Part shown: one piece after another, positions 1 through 10,244 of the stretch
Layout of the letters: each line of letters opens with the position of its first letter
Position numbering within the stretch: the first letter of the stretch is position 1
Source: Eledone cirrhosa
Taxonomy: Eukaryota
Length of the DNA: 64,000 nt
Assembly (NCBI GenBank): GCA_964016885.1
Contig: OZ024766.1
Location: 19,220,001-19,284,000 of the forward strand
Direction of reading: 5' to 3'
Notes under the pieces: generated by a model
Databases searched by the model: none
Told to the model about the DNA's origin: nothing
Seen by the model: only the letters and a program-made list of their open reading frames with translations
Translations under genes and position numbers: made by a program

Positions 1-59
1 CGTCCCACCCTTGCAAGCAGGGAAAAGTGGACGTAAAATGATGATGATGATGATGATGA

Positions 60-62
<3 letters not shown>
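1..62 (+). mobile_element. 3' tail of the RTE-tailed SINE
   Basis: cgtcccacccttgcaagcaggg...ggacgtaaaatgatgatg matches 17145-17207. Confidence 0.8.
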
Positions 63-119
<57 letters not shown>

Positions 120-203
120 TAGGTAATTCAGTGAATTACTGGTGTAAAAAATGGACATAAATGATACCCCCCCCCCTGCTCATGTTTCTCCCACACTACT
201 TAC

Positions 204-346
204 ATAAAGGCCTTATAGTTGTTGGCAATTTTCTGCACACGTATGTCGTACTTGCAGTCTACAAAAGGCTCTGTGGTAGCATAAGTCCTTGTAACAGCTA
301 CTACACTTGATATATCCTGGAAAGCGTGATGGTGGTCGATTTTTAC
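204..346 (-). CDS. Syn: Synapsin coding exon 7 (domain C), 143 nt: [47 protein letters not shown]+AT
   Basis: Minus strand acag|GTAAAA...GCCTTTAT|gtaagt. Translation matches the synapsin ATP-grasp domain motifs ([29 protein letters not shown]). Phase 0 start fits the preceding exon. Confidence 0.95.
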
Positions 347-434
347 CTGTAAATATATATTTATATATAATGATTGGAGAACTGAGAAGCTGTGTTCAGT
401 TTATTATTTTACAAGGGCGGTGGATTGGCAGTAT

Positions 435-2111
435 ATACAATAGTATATATAGAGTAATGTAAATGTTATGTGAGGTATTATGTGAGGTAAAGCCTTTACT
501 GTGACAATACAATAGTATATATAGAGTAGTGCAAATGTTATGTGAGGTATTATGTGAGGTAAAGTCTTTACTGTGACAATACAATAGTATATATAGAGTA
601 GTGTAAATGTTATGTGAGATATTATGTGAGGTAAAGCCTTTACTGTGACAATACAATAGTATATATAGAGTAATGTAAATGTTATGTGAGGTATTATGTG
701 AGGTAAAGCCTTTACTGTGACAATACAATAGTATATATAGAGTAATGTAAATGTTATGTGAGATATTATGTGAGGTAAAGCCTTTACTGTGACAATACAA
801 TAGTATATATAGAGTAATGTAAATGTTATGTGAGATATTATGTGAGGTAAAGCCTTTACTGTGACAATACAATAGTATATATAGAGTAATGTAAATGTTA
901 TGTGAGATATTATGTGTGGTAAAGCCTTTACTGTGACAATACAATAGTATATATAGAGTAATGTAAATGTTATGTGAGATATTATGTGAGGTAAAGCCTT
1001 TACTGTGACAATACAATAGTATATATAGAGTAATGTAAATGTTATGTGAGATATTATGTGAGGTAAAGCCTTTACTGTGACAATACAATCGTATATATAG
1101 AGTAATGTAAATGTTATGTGAGATATTATGTGAGGTAAAGCCTTTACTGTGACAATACAATAGTATATATAGAGTAATGTAAATGTTATGTGAGATATTA
1201 TGTGAGGTAAAGCCTTTACTGTGACAATACAATAGTATATATAGAGTAATGTAAATGTTATGTGAGATATTATGTGAGGTAAAGCCTTTACTGTGACAAT
1301 ACAATAGTATATATAGAGTAATGTAAATGTTATGTGAGGTATTATGTGAGGTAAAGCCTTTACTGTGACAATACAATAGTATATATAGAGTAATGTAAAT
1401 GTTATGTGAGATATTATGTGAGGTAAAGCCTTTACTGTGACAATACAATAGTATATATAGAGTAATGTAAATGTTATGTGAGGTATTATGTGAGGTAAAG
1501 CCTTTACTGTGACAATACAATAGTATATATAGAGTAGTGCAAATGTTATGTGAGGTATTATGTGAGGTAAAGTCTTTACTGTGACAATACAATAGTATAT
1601 ATAGAGTAGTGTAAATGTTATGTGAGATATTATGTGAGGTAAAGCCTTTACTGTGACAATACAATAGTATATATAGAGTAATGTAAATGTTATGTGAGGT
1701 ATTATGTGAGGTAAAGCCTTTACTGTGACAATACAATAGTATATATAGAGTAATGTAAATGTTATGTGAGATATTATGTGAGGTAAAGCCTTTACTGTGA
1801 CAATACAATAGTATATATAGAGTAATGTAAATGTTATGTGAGATATTATGTGAGGTAAAGCCTTTACTGTGACAATACAATAGTATATATAGAGTAATGT
1901 AAATGTTATGTGAGATATTATGTGTGGTAAAGCCTTTACTGTGACAATACAATAGTATATATAGAGTAATGTAGATGTTATGTGAGATATTATGTGAGGT
2001 AAAGCCTTTACTGTGACAATACAATAGTATATATAGAGTAATGTAAATGTTATGTGAGATATTATGTGAGGTAAAGCCTTTACTGTGACAATACAATAGT
2101 ATATATAGAGT
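435..2111. repeat. 72-bp satellite array (about 23 units), left of the Tx1 insertion
   Basis: Unit tatgtgaggtaaagcctttactgtgacaatacaatagtatatatagagtaatgtaaatgttatgtgagatat. Confidence 0.97.
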
Positions 2112-2347
2112 GGTTTCTTTATTTGCCACTAGGGCACAAAAGGTAGGGACAGATACAAGGGGGAAGTTTACATATAATTAACGAGTACAAAAATATAACA
2201 ATGAAATAACAACAACAAACGAAGTCCTCAATAGGGAGGGGGCATTAACATGGGTCGCACACACCCCGGAAAAAATGTGTAACCCTTCTCCTCAGGAGCA
2301 CAAAGAGTAGGTGCTTCCCTCGTCTCCTCTTTTTCCTCTTCTTTCAC

Positions 2348-5300
2348 CTACAGGCTGATATAGAGAGAAGACCCATTCACTCTGGCCATTCTCCCTACTT
2401 TCACCCACCTTTCATAAAACTTGCTGGGGTAGAGCACCTCTCTCTCCATTCTGATCCTTCTTTTAAAATGGTATTTGAAAAAGGGGACCAGTTGTTGGCC
2501 GGAGAGAAAGGTGTCTGACCTCAGCCCTTTCAGCCTCGTCCACCATACAACTTCTTTAGCCATGGCTACCACACAGAGAAAAACCGCCTCTCCTTCGTTT
2601 TTGAAAGGGGGAGGCGGTTTGATCGTGACAATGGACTCGGTGGTCAACCGGATTGGTCCCACCCTCGACAGTAGTCGTTCCACATAGCCCCACAGGTCAG
2701 CAATGCCTGGGCAGTGTACGAATGCGTGCGCAACGGTTTCGTCATCATGCACGCATCTCGGACAGATCTTATTCAAAGGATCTCTACCCAGGCTCCCATG
2801 CCTGTGGAGCTTGTCTCGAACGGGTAGAGCCCCTCGGTAGCACTGCCAAGCCAGGGACTTTTGGAAGTTGTCCATCGGTCCAGGGCCAAACGTCCTACCG
2901 AACAGACTGGCCAGTTCATCTTCCTCCATGCCTAGAGCTTCTCCGAGAGCATCGTCGCACCTGCTGCGTACCAACCCTCTATAGAATGTCGACGTGGAGT
3001 CTCCACTGATTGCCGGGTCCGCTTTCCAGAGGGCCGTGAGCGCCTGGGCACATTCAATGTGCCAGTCGCCCACTTTTCTCGGTCTTTGCTTGACCCAGGA
3101 TTGCAGCTCGGTGAGCGAGACGAGTCTGGGAAAGGCTCGCCTCACAAACGGGGCCCACACCGGTTGACCGGTGAGGAATACCTGGAGGTGCCGTAGCCTT
3201 AATGCGTGTTTACGCATCTGTAGCCACGGCATCCCCAGCCCTCCTTTCGAAGGGTGTTGACAGCAGATGGATCTCCTCACCAAAGGGGTCCGCTTGTTCC
3301 AAAGAAATTGGAACAGCGCGCACTCCATTTTGGCGAGTCTTTTCACTGGGCAAGGCACGACGGTCAAGCGGTAGTAGATGACGGATGCTATATAAGTATT
3401 CGCCACCTCCGCTCGACCTTTCAGGGATAGTTTGCACTGGGCCCACTTCTGGGTGAGTGCAAACACCCTGGCCGTTACCTCGTTCCAGTTTTTCTCCACC
3501 TGGAGGTCTGGTCCGAACCAGACCCCAAGCAGCTTCACCGGGCCCTCCGTCCAGCGTCCGACGACGTCGTTGGAGGGCATCGGTTTGCCTCTCCATGTTC
3601 CGAGTTGCAAACCGACGGACTTGTCCCGGTTCAGCTTGGCTCCTGTAAACCTTTCATATTCCTCCAGTAAGGTGCCGATCTCACCGATTTGCGAGGTTTT
3701 CGACACCATTACTGTCACGTCATCGGCGTAGGCCGACGCCGCTTTCTGCAATCCCGGTTCCAAAGGGATGCCCTGCAACCGCTCCAACTTCCGCAGTAGT
3801 GGCTCAAGAGCCAGCACATACAGTAGGGAGGAGAGAGGGCATCCCTGTCGGATGGATCGCATGATTTGGAACGGCTCCGAGAGGTGGCCGTTCACCTTGA
3901 CCCTTGAGCAGACGTTGCTGCTGTGCATCGCAGCAATCCAACCCCTGAAAACGGGTCCGAAGCCTGCCGCCGCGAGCACCGCATCCAGGTAACGATGGTC
4001 AACCCTATCGAAAGCTTTAGATTGATCCAAGTTGATCAGGGCCCCACCAAAGCCGGGTTCATTCCCTACCCTCTCTATGATGTATCGCATAAGGTGGAGA
4101 TTGTCGTGAATGGACCTGGACGGGATTGCGCATGTCTGCGCTTCTCCCACCAGGTTTCCAACAACAAGCGCCAACCTCTTCGCTAACACCTTGGCCAAAA
4201 TCTTTAACTCTGTATTTAGCAGAGTTATGGGCCTGAAGTTACTTATGTCATCCCCCTTGTTCTCATCCTTCCTCACCAGCGTAACTACGCCCTTGGTCAC
4301 AGAACTGGGAATTCTCCCGTTCTGCTGCCAGTTGCAGTAGACCGCTTCGAGGATATCGGAGAACAAGTCCGGCATCGCTACATATAGCTCGTATGGTAGA
4401 CCATCGAGACCCGGGGATTTGCGTTTGCCGCATTGGCTCAGCGCCGCCCCTATCTCAGCAGCTGAAATCGTCCTTTCGCAGGACTTCGCCTCCGCGACCG
4501 AGAGGCGCGGCAGACCGTCGAGGTATGGATTGAAATCCATAGTCTCACCCGGCGCGCCGCCCCTCTCGAACAGTCGTGCAAAGTGCCGCTGAAAGGCCGC
4601 ACACATCTGCCCAGGTTCAAGGATCACACGCCCATCCTGGTCCTTCAAAGACCGAATCGTGGACTTGTTCCCACTTTTTGCCTCTGTCACTCGGGCCCAG
4701 CTTACAGCTTTGGCTCCCTCATTACCCAGAGCACGTATTTTACTCCTGACAACGCAGCCTTCATGCTTCACCTCAAAGAACTGGTCTAAGGCCATTCTTG
4801 ATGCCAGCACGCCGGCTACATTGCCACTCCTAATCGCCTCTTCTACTCTATCTACTAATTCCCTTTCCGTCTTGTTCCTATCCCTTGCTAATTCCTGACT
4901 AAAACCTATCGATTCTATTCTAATTGCTCTCTTAAGAGAGCTCCACCACCTGTTGTTGACAATTGCCCCTGTCAAACTCTGCTTAACTAACGTGCTAATC
5001 CGTTTACTGTAAGCTTTGCTTCCCGGTAAGGACAAGTTCAGCTTCCAGTAACCGGGTCCCTGTCTATGGGTTCTATCAAGGTTGGCTATGCAGGTCACTA
5101 ACTTGTGATCCGAATAGTCAACCATGAACATTTTTGGACAGCTAAATGTGTCCCTATCGTTCTCTCTAACTAGGACCCTATCTAGGTACGACCTAGATGT
5201 TCCACTGCGATTGGTCCACGTCCATAGTGGTACAGTCGGAAAATCTAGTCGATATCTATCGGCCAGGTCAAATCGGCCGATTAACCTTTTGAGGCTTTTA

Positions 5301-5785
5301 CACCCCCCTCTATTGGCACATGCCCCTACATAGTCCCAACGTGCATCCAGGATACCATTCCAGTCCCCCACTAAAAGCAAGGAGCGGGACGTTCCCAGAA
5401 AAGTTTCCAGACGTTGGAAGTATTCCGGCCGCGCTGCCCAAAAAGGGGCGTACACAGCTATTAGTCTAAGGGCTCCACTTTCACTACTGCCGACGTCTAA
5501 AACCACCAGTCGACCCTCCGGGTCCAGGTGCACCTTCTGTATGGCGAGGCCCAGGTGTTTTCGCAGCAGAACGACAACTCCACCCCCACCCCCCGGTTGA
5601 CAGAGAGATGCGAAGATCTCAAAGTCGTCGAAGAGGGGCGCCAGTTGGTGCTCGCTGCTGATCCTGGACTCGCAAATAGCCATTACATCCATTCTATGCG
5701 ACCTGAGATCGTTTAAAAGTTTGCCTTGTTTCCAAGACAGTCCCAGGCCACGTACATTCAGACACCCAACTCTTATATCAGCCAT
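2348..5785 (-). CDS. Tx1-like ORF2: AP endonuclease + reverse transcriptase + C-terminal zinc finger (1145 aa)
   Basis: APE motifs CLNVRGL, GDWN, YLDRVL, SDH; RT motifs PGLDG, FRPITLLN, DQSKAFDRV, RQGCPLS, AYADD; C-terminal CPRC...ETVAHAFVHC. Confidence 0.96.
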   Translation of the reverse strand: MADIRVGCLNVRGLGLSWKQGKLLNDLRSHRMDVMAICESRISSEHQLAPLFDDFEIFASLCQPGGGGGVVVLLRKHLGLAIQKVHLDPEGRLVVLDVGSSESGALRLIAVYAPFWAARPEYFQRLETFLGTSRSLLLVGDWNGILDARWDYVGACANRGGCKSLKRLIGRFDLADRYRLDFPTVPLWTWTNRSGTSRSYLDRVLVRENDRDTFSCPKMFMVDYSDHKLVTCIANLDRTHRQGPGYWKLNLSLPGSKAYSKRISTLVKQSLTGAIVNNRWWSSLKRAIRIESIGFSQELARDRNKTERELVDRVEEAIRSGNVAGVLASRMALDQFFEVKHEGCVVRSKIRALGNEGAKAVSWARVTEAKSGNKSTIRSLKDQDGRVILEPGQMCAAFQRHFARLFERGGAPGETMDFNPYLDGLPRLSVAEAKSCERTISAAEIGAALSQCGKRKSPGLDGLPYELYVAMPDLFSDILEAVYCNWQQNGRIPSSVTKGVVTLVRKDENKGDDISNFRPITLLNTELKILAKVLAKRLALVVGNLVGEAQTCAIPSRSIHDNLHLMRYIIERVGNEPGFGGALINLDQSKAFDRVDHRYLDAVLAAAGFGPVFRGWIAAMHSSNVCSRVKVNGHLSEPFQIMRSIRQGCPLSSLLYVLALEPLLRKLERLQGIPLEPGLQKAASAYADDVTVMVSKTSQIGEIGTLLEEYERFTGAKLNRDKSVGLQLGTWRGKPMPSNDVVGRWTEGPVKLLGVWFGPDLQVEKNWNEVTARVFALTQKWAQCKLSLKGRAEVANTYIASVIYYRLTVVPCPVKRLAKMECALFQFLWNKRTPLVRRSICCQHPSKGGLGMPWLQMRKHALRLRHLQVFLTGQPVWAPFVRRAFPRLVSLTELQSWVKQRPRKVGDWHIECAQALTALWKADPAISGDSTSTFYRGLVRSRCDDALGEALGMEEDELASLFGRTFGPGPMDNFQKSLAWQCYRGALPVRDKLHRHGSLGRDPLNKICPRCVHDDETVAHAFVHCPGIADLWGYVERLLSRVGPIRLTTESIVTIKPPPPFKNEGEAVFLCVVAMAKEVVWWTRLKGLRSDTFLSGQQLVPFFKYHFKRRIRMEREVLYPSKFYERWVKVGRMARVNGSSLYISL

Positions 5786-5806
5786 GTTGGTTAAAAGAGG
5801 AAGGAC

Positions 5807-7549
5807 CTACCTGTTCGGCTCCTGAGGAGCAGGTTGCACAATATCCATGGGCGTATTGGAGGGGTTGTTTGGTGGGGTGTTGTTCTGTGGTGGAGTGGGG
5901 GTGTTTGGTGAGGTGTGGGTGGGGAAACGTTTCAAGAGGACGCGGTTATAGGGTCGAGTACATGTTTTCCCCACGTCCTCAGGAAAGTTCTCTCTTAGTT
6001 TTGCATAGGTGTCCATTGGGAGTCTTATCATTTTTAAATGCGGTTTGTTGGCCGCGCTTGCAAAGAATTGCCCTTCAGTTTCCACCAAAGGGTCTTTGTG
6101 TATTGTTTTTACTAGTTCTTTGTTATTTGTGTTAATGTATGTATACTGTTTTATTTGTGTTGTGTTTGTTTGTTGTTCTTGTGTGTGCTTACGTTTTGTT
6201 GTATGTGTTATGTTTTGGGGTGGGGCGGATTTTGTTTGTTCTGTTTGTTTTGTTTTTGTTGGTGGTTGTGTGTTTGTTTCGTTTATGTTCGAGTGGTGCT
6301 TTCTTTTTTTCCTTTTTACAGGTTGGAAGGGTTCCCCCTCTTCGTCACTAGGTGCCGTTTCCGCTGGGTCCTCGTCCGTGCTGTCGGGTAGTGGTGTATT
6401 TTGGGGTTTTGTTGTATTTGTGTGTGTTTTGGGAGTTGTTTTGGGTGGGGCCGTGTCTTGTGTTATTTTTCCCTGTTGTTTTTGTTGTTGTTGTGGTGGT
6501 GGTGGTGGAGGTGGTGGTGGTGGTGGTGGTGGCGGTGGTGGTGTGTGGGGTGTAGGCAAAAGAGCCTTTTTTTTTGTCAATTGAGGACAAGCAGCCCTTA
6601 GATGACCCCTGCTTGAACAGTAGTAACATATGGGCCTCCTACCCTCGGCTGAAATATATATAAATGTTTCTCCATCGAGGGACACCCTCTGTGGTATTCT
6701 AGCGATTCGTTCTGGTCTCATTTGGACCAGAACCTCCACGCTCAAACCGCCGAAAACGTCTGTGGTGACTTCTCCTACTGAGAGGATTCCGTCCTCGTCT
6801 TCTAAAAACCCTGTTAGTACCCAGGAAATGCATGCATTTGGCCGGATTCCGGAGACCCTTATCTTCTGCGTTCTTTTCCCTAAATATGTGGGGAAAAATG
6901 TATGTAGCTTGGAAACAATTGGTGCCACAGAGTATTTCCTGGCCGTCAATTGATCCTTCATTAGGACCGTTATATTCCCATAGAGTGGCCCTTTTTGTAT
7001 GAACGATATATCACTCCACACATTTTTTAGGACCAGCTCAATCTCTTTTTGGGATAATTGAGTTGGTTTCCTTGTTATGTTGGAAATTGTTCTGAAAGAT
7101 ATCGTTCTTAGCGTCGTGTCTCTTTTGATTTCTTGTGGGGAGGTGATTGTGAAGTCTCCTCCTTCTTTGAAAGTTACATACTGTTTCGCTTCCTTCATCT
7201 TTTCTCTCAGAGTTGTAATGTCCAGTTGCTTGCAGGTTTGTGTTTTCCGGACCGCCTGTGCAAAGGAGGTACCAGTAGTGGGTTCGCTTTGTTTGGTGTT
7301 ATCGTTATTTTTTCCTTGGTTGGTGTTGTGACTATTGCTGTTATTGTCGTTGTTGTTTTTGTCTGCGTTTATGTGACTTTCTGGGTTTTCACCCATTTTT
7401 ACAAATTTTTCTTTTAATTCCGTGTTGCATGTTTCTTTTGCAGAAGTCAGGAGGGAAGACTTAGAGCCTTGTGCTTCTAGCTTCTCTGTATCACCTTTCT
7501 TAGGGGGCGTGGCTTTCACGTTAGGATGAGATGTGAAAATTCCGTCCAT
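5807..7549 (-). CDS. Tx1-like ORF1 (gag-like nucleic-acid binding protein, about 580 aa)
   Basis: First ATG at 7549 (MDGIF...); CCHC knuckle CYYCSSRGHLRAAC, poly-Pro tract, basic KRKKRK; ends 21 nt before the ORF2 ATG. Confidence 0.88.
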   Translation of the reverse strand: MDGIFTSHPNVKATPPKKGDTEKLEAQGSKSSLLTSAKETCNTELKEKFVKMGENPESHINADKNNNDNNSNSHNTNQGKNNDNTKQSEPTTGTSFAQAVRKTQTCKQLDITTLREKMKEAKQYVTFKEGGDFTITSPQEIKRDTTLRTISFRTISNITRKPTQLSQKEIELVLKNVWSDISFIQKGPLYGNITVLMKDQLTARKYSVAPIVSKLHTFFPTYLGKRTQKIRVSGIRPNACISWVLTGFLEDEDGILSVGEVTTDVFGGLSVEVLVQMRPERIARIPQRVSLDGETFIYISAEGRRPICYYCSSRGHLRAACPQLTKKKALLPTPHTPPPPPPPPPPPPPPPPQQQQKQQGKITQDTAPPKTTPKTHTNTTKPQNTPLPDSTDEDPAETAPSDEEGEPFQPVKRKKRKHHSNINETNTQPPTKTKQTEQTKSAPPQNITHTTKRKHTQEQQTNTTQIKQYTYINTNNKELVKTIHKDPLVETEGQFFASAANKPHLKMIRLPMDTYAKLRENFPEDVGKTCTRPYNRVLLKRFPTHTSPNTPTPPQNNTPPNNPSNTPMDIVQPAPQEPNR

Positions 7550-7760
7550 TTCTATTAGTTTGCCGTAATAAATTTTTAACTGGAAAATTCGCCCCAAAAA
7601 GGGGCGAAAATAAATAAACTCAAAGTTTGACGACCAAGGCAAGGGGTTAACGTATATTACAGTATAAAAAAATTAATCAAAACTCACTTTTTGAGTAAGT
7701 AAATCCGACTCGGTAGCCGAGCTTGTTCACACACGTCAACACACGTCTCTCGTATACGAG

Positions 7761-10007
7761 ATGTTATGTGAGATATTATGTGAGGTAAAGCCTTTACTGT
7801 GACAATACAATAGTATATATAGAGTAATGTAAATGTTATGTGAGATATTATGTGAGGTAAAGCCTTTACTGTGACAATACAATAGTATATATAGAGTAAT
7901 GTAAATGTTATGTGAGATATTATGTAAGGTAAAGCCTTTACTGTGACAATACAATAGTATATATAGAGTAATGTAAATGTTATGTGAGGTATTATGTGAG
8001 GTAAAGCCTTTACTGTGACAATACAATAGTATATATAGAGTAATGTAAATGTTATGTGAGGTATTATGTGAGGTAAAGCCTTTACTGTGACAATACAATA
8101 GTATATATAGAGTAATGTAAATGTTATGTTAGGTATTATGTGAGGTAAAGCCTTTACTGTGACAATACAATAGTATATATAGAGTAATGTAAATGTTATG
8201 TGAGATATTATGTGAGGTAAAGCCTTTACTGTGACAATACAATAGTATATATAGAGTAATGTAGATGTTCTGTGAGGTAAAGCCTTTACTGTGACAATAC
8301 AATAGTATATATAGAGTAATGTAAATGTTATGTGAGATATTATGTGAGGTAAAGCCTTTACTGTGACAATACAATAGTATATATAGAGTAATGTAAATGT
8401 TATGTGAGATATTATGTGAGGTAAAGCATTTACTGTGACAATACAATAGTATATATAGAGTAATGTAAATGTTGTGTGAGGTATTATGTGAGGTAAAGCC
8501 TTTACTGTGACAATACAATAGTATATATAGAGTAATGTAAATGTTATGTGAGATATTATGTGAGGTAAAGCCTTTACTGTGACAATACAATAGTATATAT
8601 AGAGTAATGTAAATATTATGTGAGGTATTATGTGAGGTAAAGCCTTTACTGTGACAATACAATAGTATATATAGAGTAATGTAAATGTTATGTGAGGTAT
8701 TATGTGAGGTAAAGCCTTTACTGTGACAATACAATAGTATATATAGAGTAATGTAAATGTTATGTGAGGTATTATGTGAAGTAAAGCCTTTACTGTGACA
8801 ATACAATAGTATATATAGAGTAGTGTAAATGTTATGTGAGATATTATGTGAGGTAAAGCCTTTACTGTGACAATACAATAGTATATATAGAGTAGTGTAA
8901 ATGTTATGTGAGATATTATGTGAGGTAAAGCCTTTACTGTGACAATACAATAGTATATATAGAGTAATGTAAATGTTATGTGAGATATTATGTGAGGTAA
9001 AGCCTTTACTGTGACAATACAATAGTATATATAGAGTAATGTAAATGTTATGTGAGGTATTATGTGAGGTAAAGCCTTTACTGTGACAATACAATAGTAT
9101 ATATAGAGTAATGTAAATGTTATGTGAGATATTATGTGAGGTAAAGCCTTTACTGTGACAATACAATAGTATATATAGAGTAATGTAAATGTTATGTGAG
9201 GTATTATGTGAGGTAAAGCCTTTACTGTGACAATACAATAGTATATATAGAGTAATATAAATGTTATGTGAGATATTATGTGAGGTAAAGCCTTTACTGT
9301 GACAATACAATAGTATATATAGAGTAATGTAGATGTTATGTGAGATATTATGTGAGGTAAAGCCTTTACTGTGACAATACAATAGTATATATAGAGTAAT
9401 GTAAATGTTATGTGAGATATTATGTGAGGTAAAGCCTTTACTGTGACAATACAATAGTATATATAGAGTAATATAAATGTTATGTGAGATATTATGTGAG
9501 GTAAAGCCTTTACTGTGACAATACAATAGTATATATAGAGTAATGTAAATGTTATGTGAGGTATTATGTGAGGTAAAGCCTTTACTGTGACAATACAATA
9601 GTATATATAGAGTAATGTAAATGTTATGTGAGATATTATGTGGGGTAAAGCCTTTACTGTGACAATACAATAGTATATATAGAGTAATGTAAATGTTATG
9701 TGAGATATTATGTGAGGTAAAGCCTTTACTGTGACAATACAATAGTATATATAGAGTAATGTAAATGTTATGTGAGATATTATGTGAGGTAAAGCCTTTA
9801 CTGTGACAATACAATAGTATATATAGAGTAATGTAAATGTTATGTGAGGTATTATGTGAGGTAAAGCCTTTACTGTGACAATACAATAGTATATATAGAG
9901 TAATGTAAATGTCATGTGAGGTATTATGTGAGGTAAAGCCTTTACTGTGACAATACAATAGTATATATAGAGTAATGTAGATGTTATGTGAGATATTATG
10001 TGAGGTA
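7761..10007. repeat. 72-bp satellite array (about 31 units), right of the Tx1 insertion
   Basis: Same unit and orientation as 435-2111. Confidence 0.97.
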
Positions 10008-10244
10008 ATAAATAAACATTTTGAAAGCCCAGCTATGAACATTGAAAGGCTGATGGCCAATGCTATTTGGTGGATTCTAGCAGAAGCAGCAGGGGATAAC
10101 TTTCTATGCACTTTGAACTAGTGGCCTTCTTCAGGACAGTGTCCCCTGCTTTCTGCTGTGTGTGTGTGTAAAGAAATGTAATCGTTATATATATGTATAT
10201 ATGTATATATATGTGGATCTTGAGGACCTTCTAGACAAGAGACT

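Larger units (their letters stand above)
2112..7760 (-). mobile_element. Full-length Tx1-like (L1 superfamily) non-LTR retrotransposon
   Basis: Short 5'UTR, ORF1 and ORF2 both uninterrupted, about 235-bp 3'UTR ending AATAAAGAAAC; flanked on both sides by the 72-bp satellite. Confidence 0.93.

Noticed and set aside
2475-7417. Short plus-strand ORFs overlapping the Tx1 element
   Set aside because: Antisense shadows of ORF1 and ORF2 with no recognisable motifs.
396-10111. Long ORFs of repeated LYCHSKGFTSHNISHNIYIT (also 31732-32691 and 62779-63815)
   Set aside because: They are translations of a 72-bp (24-codon) satellite that happens to lack stops in some frames; intronic, with no unique domain.
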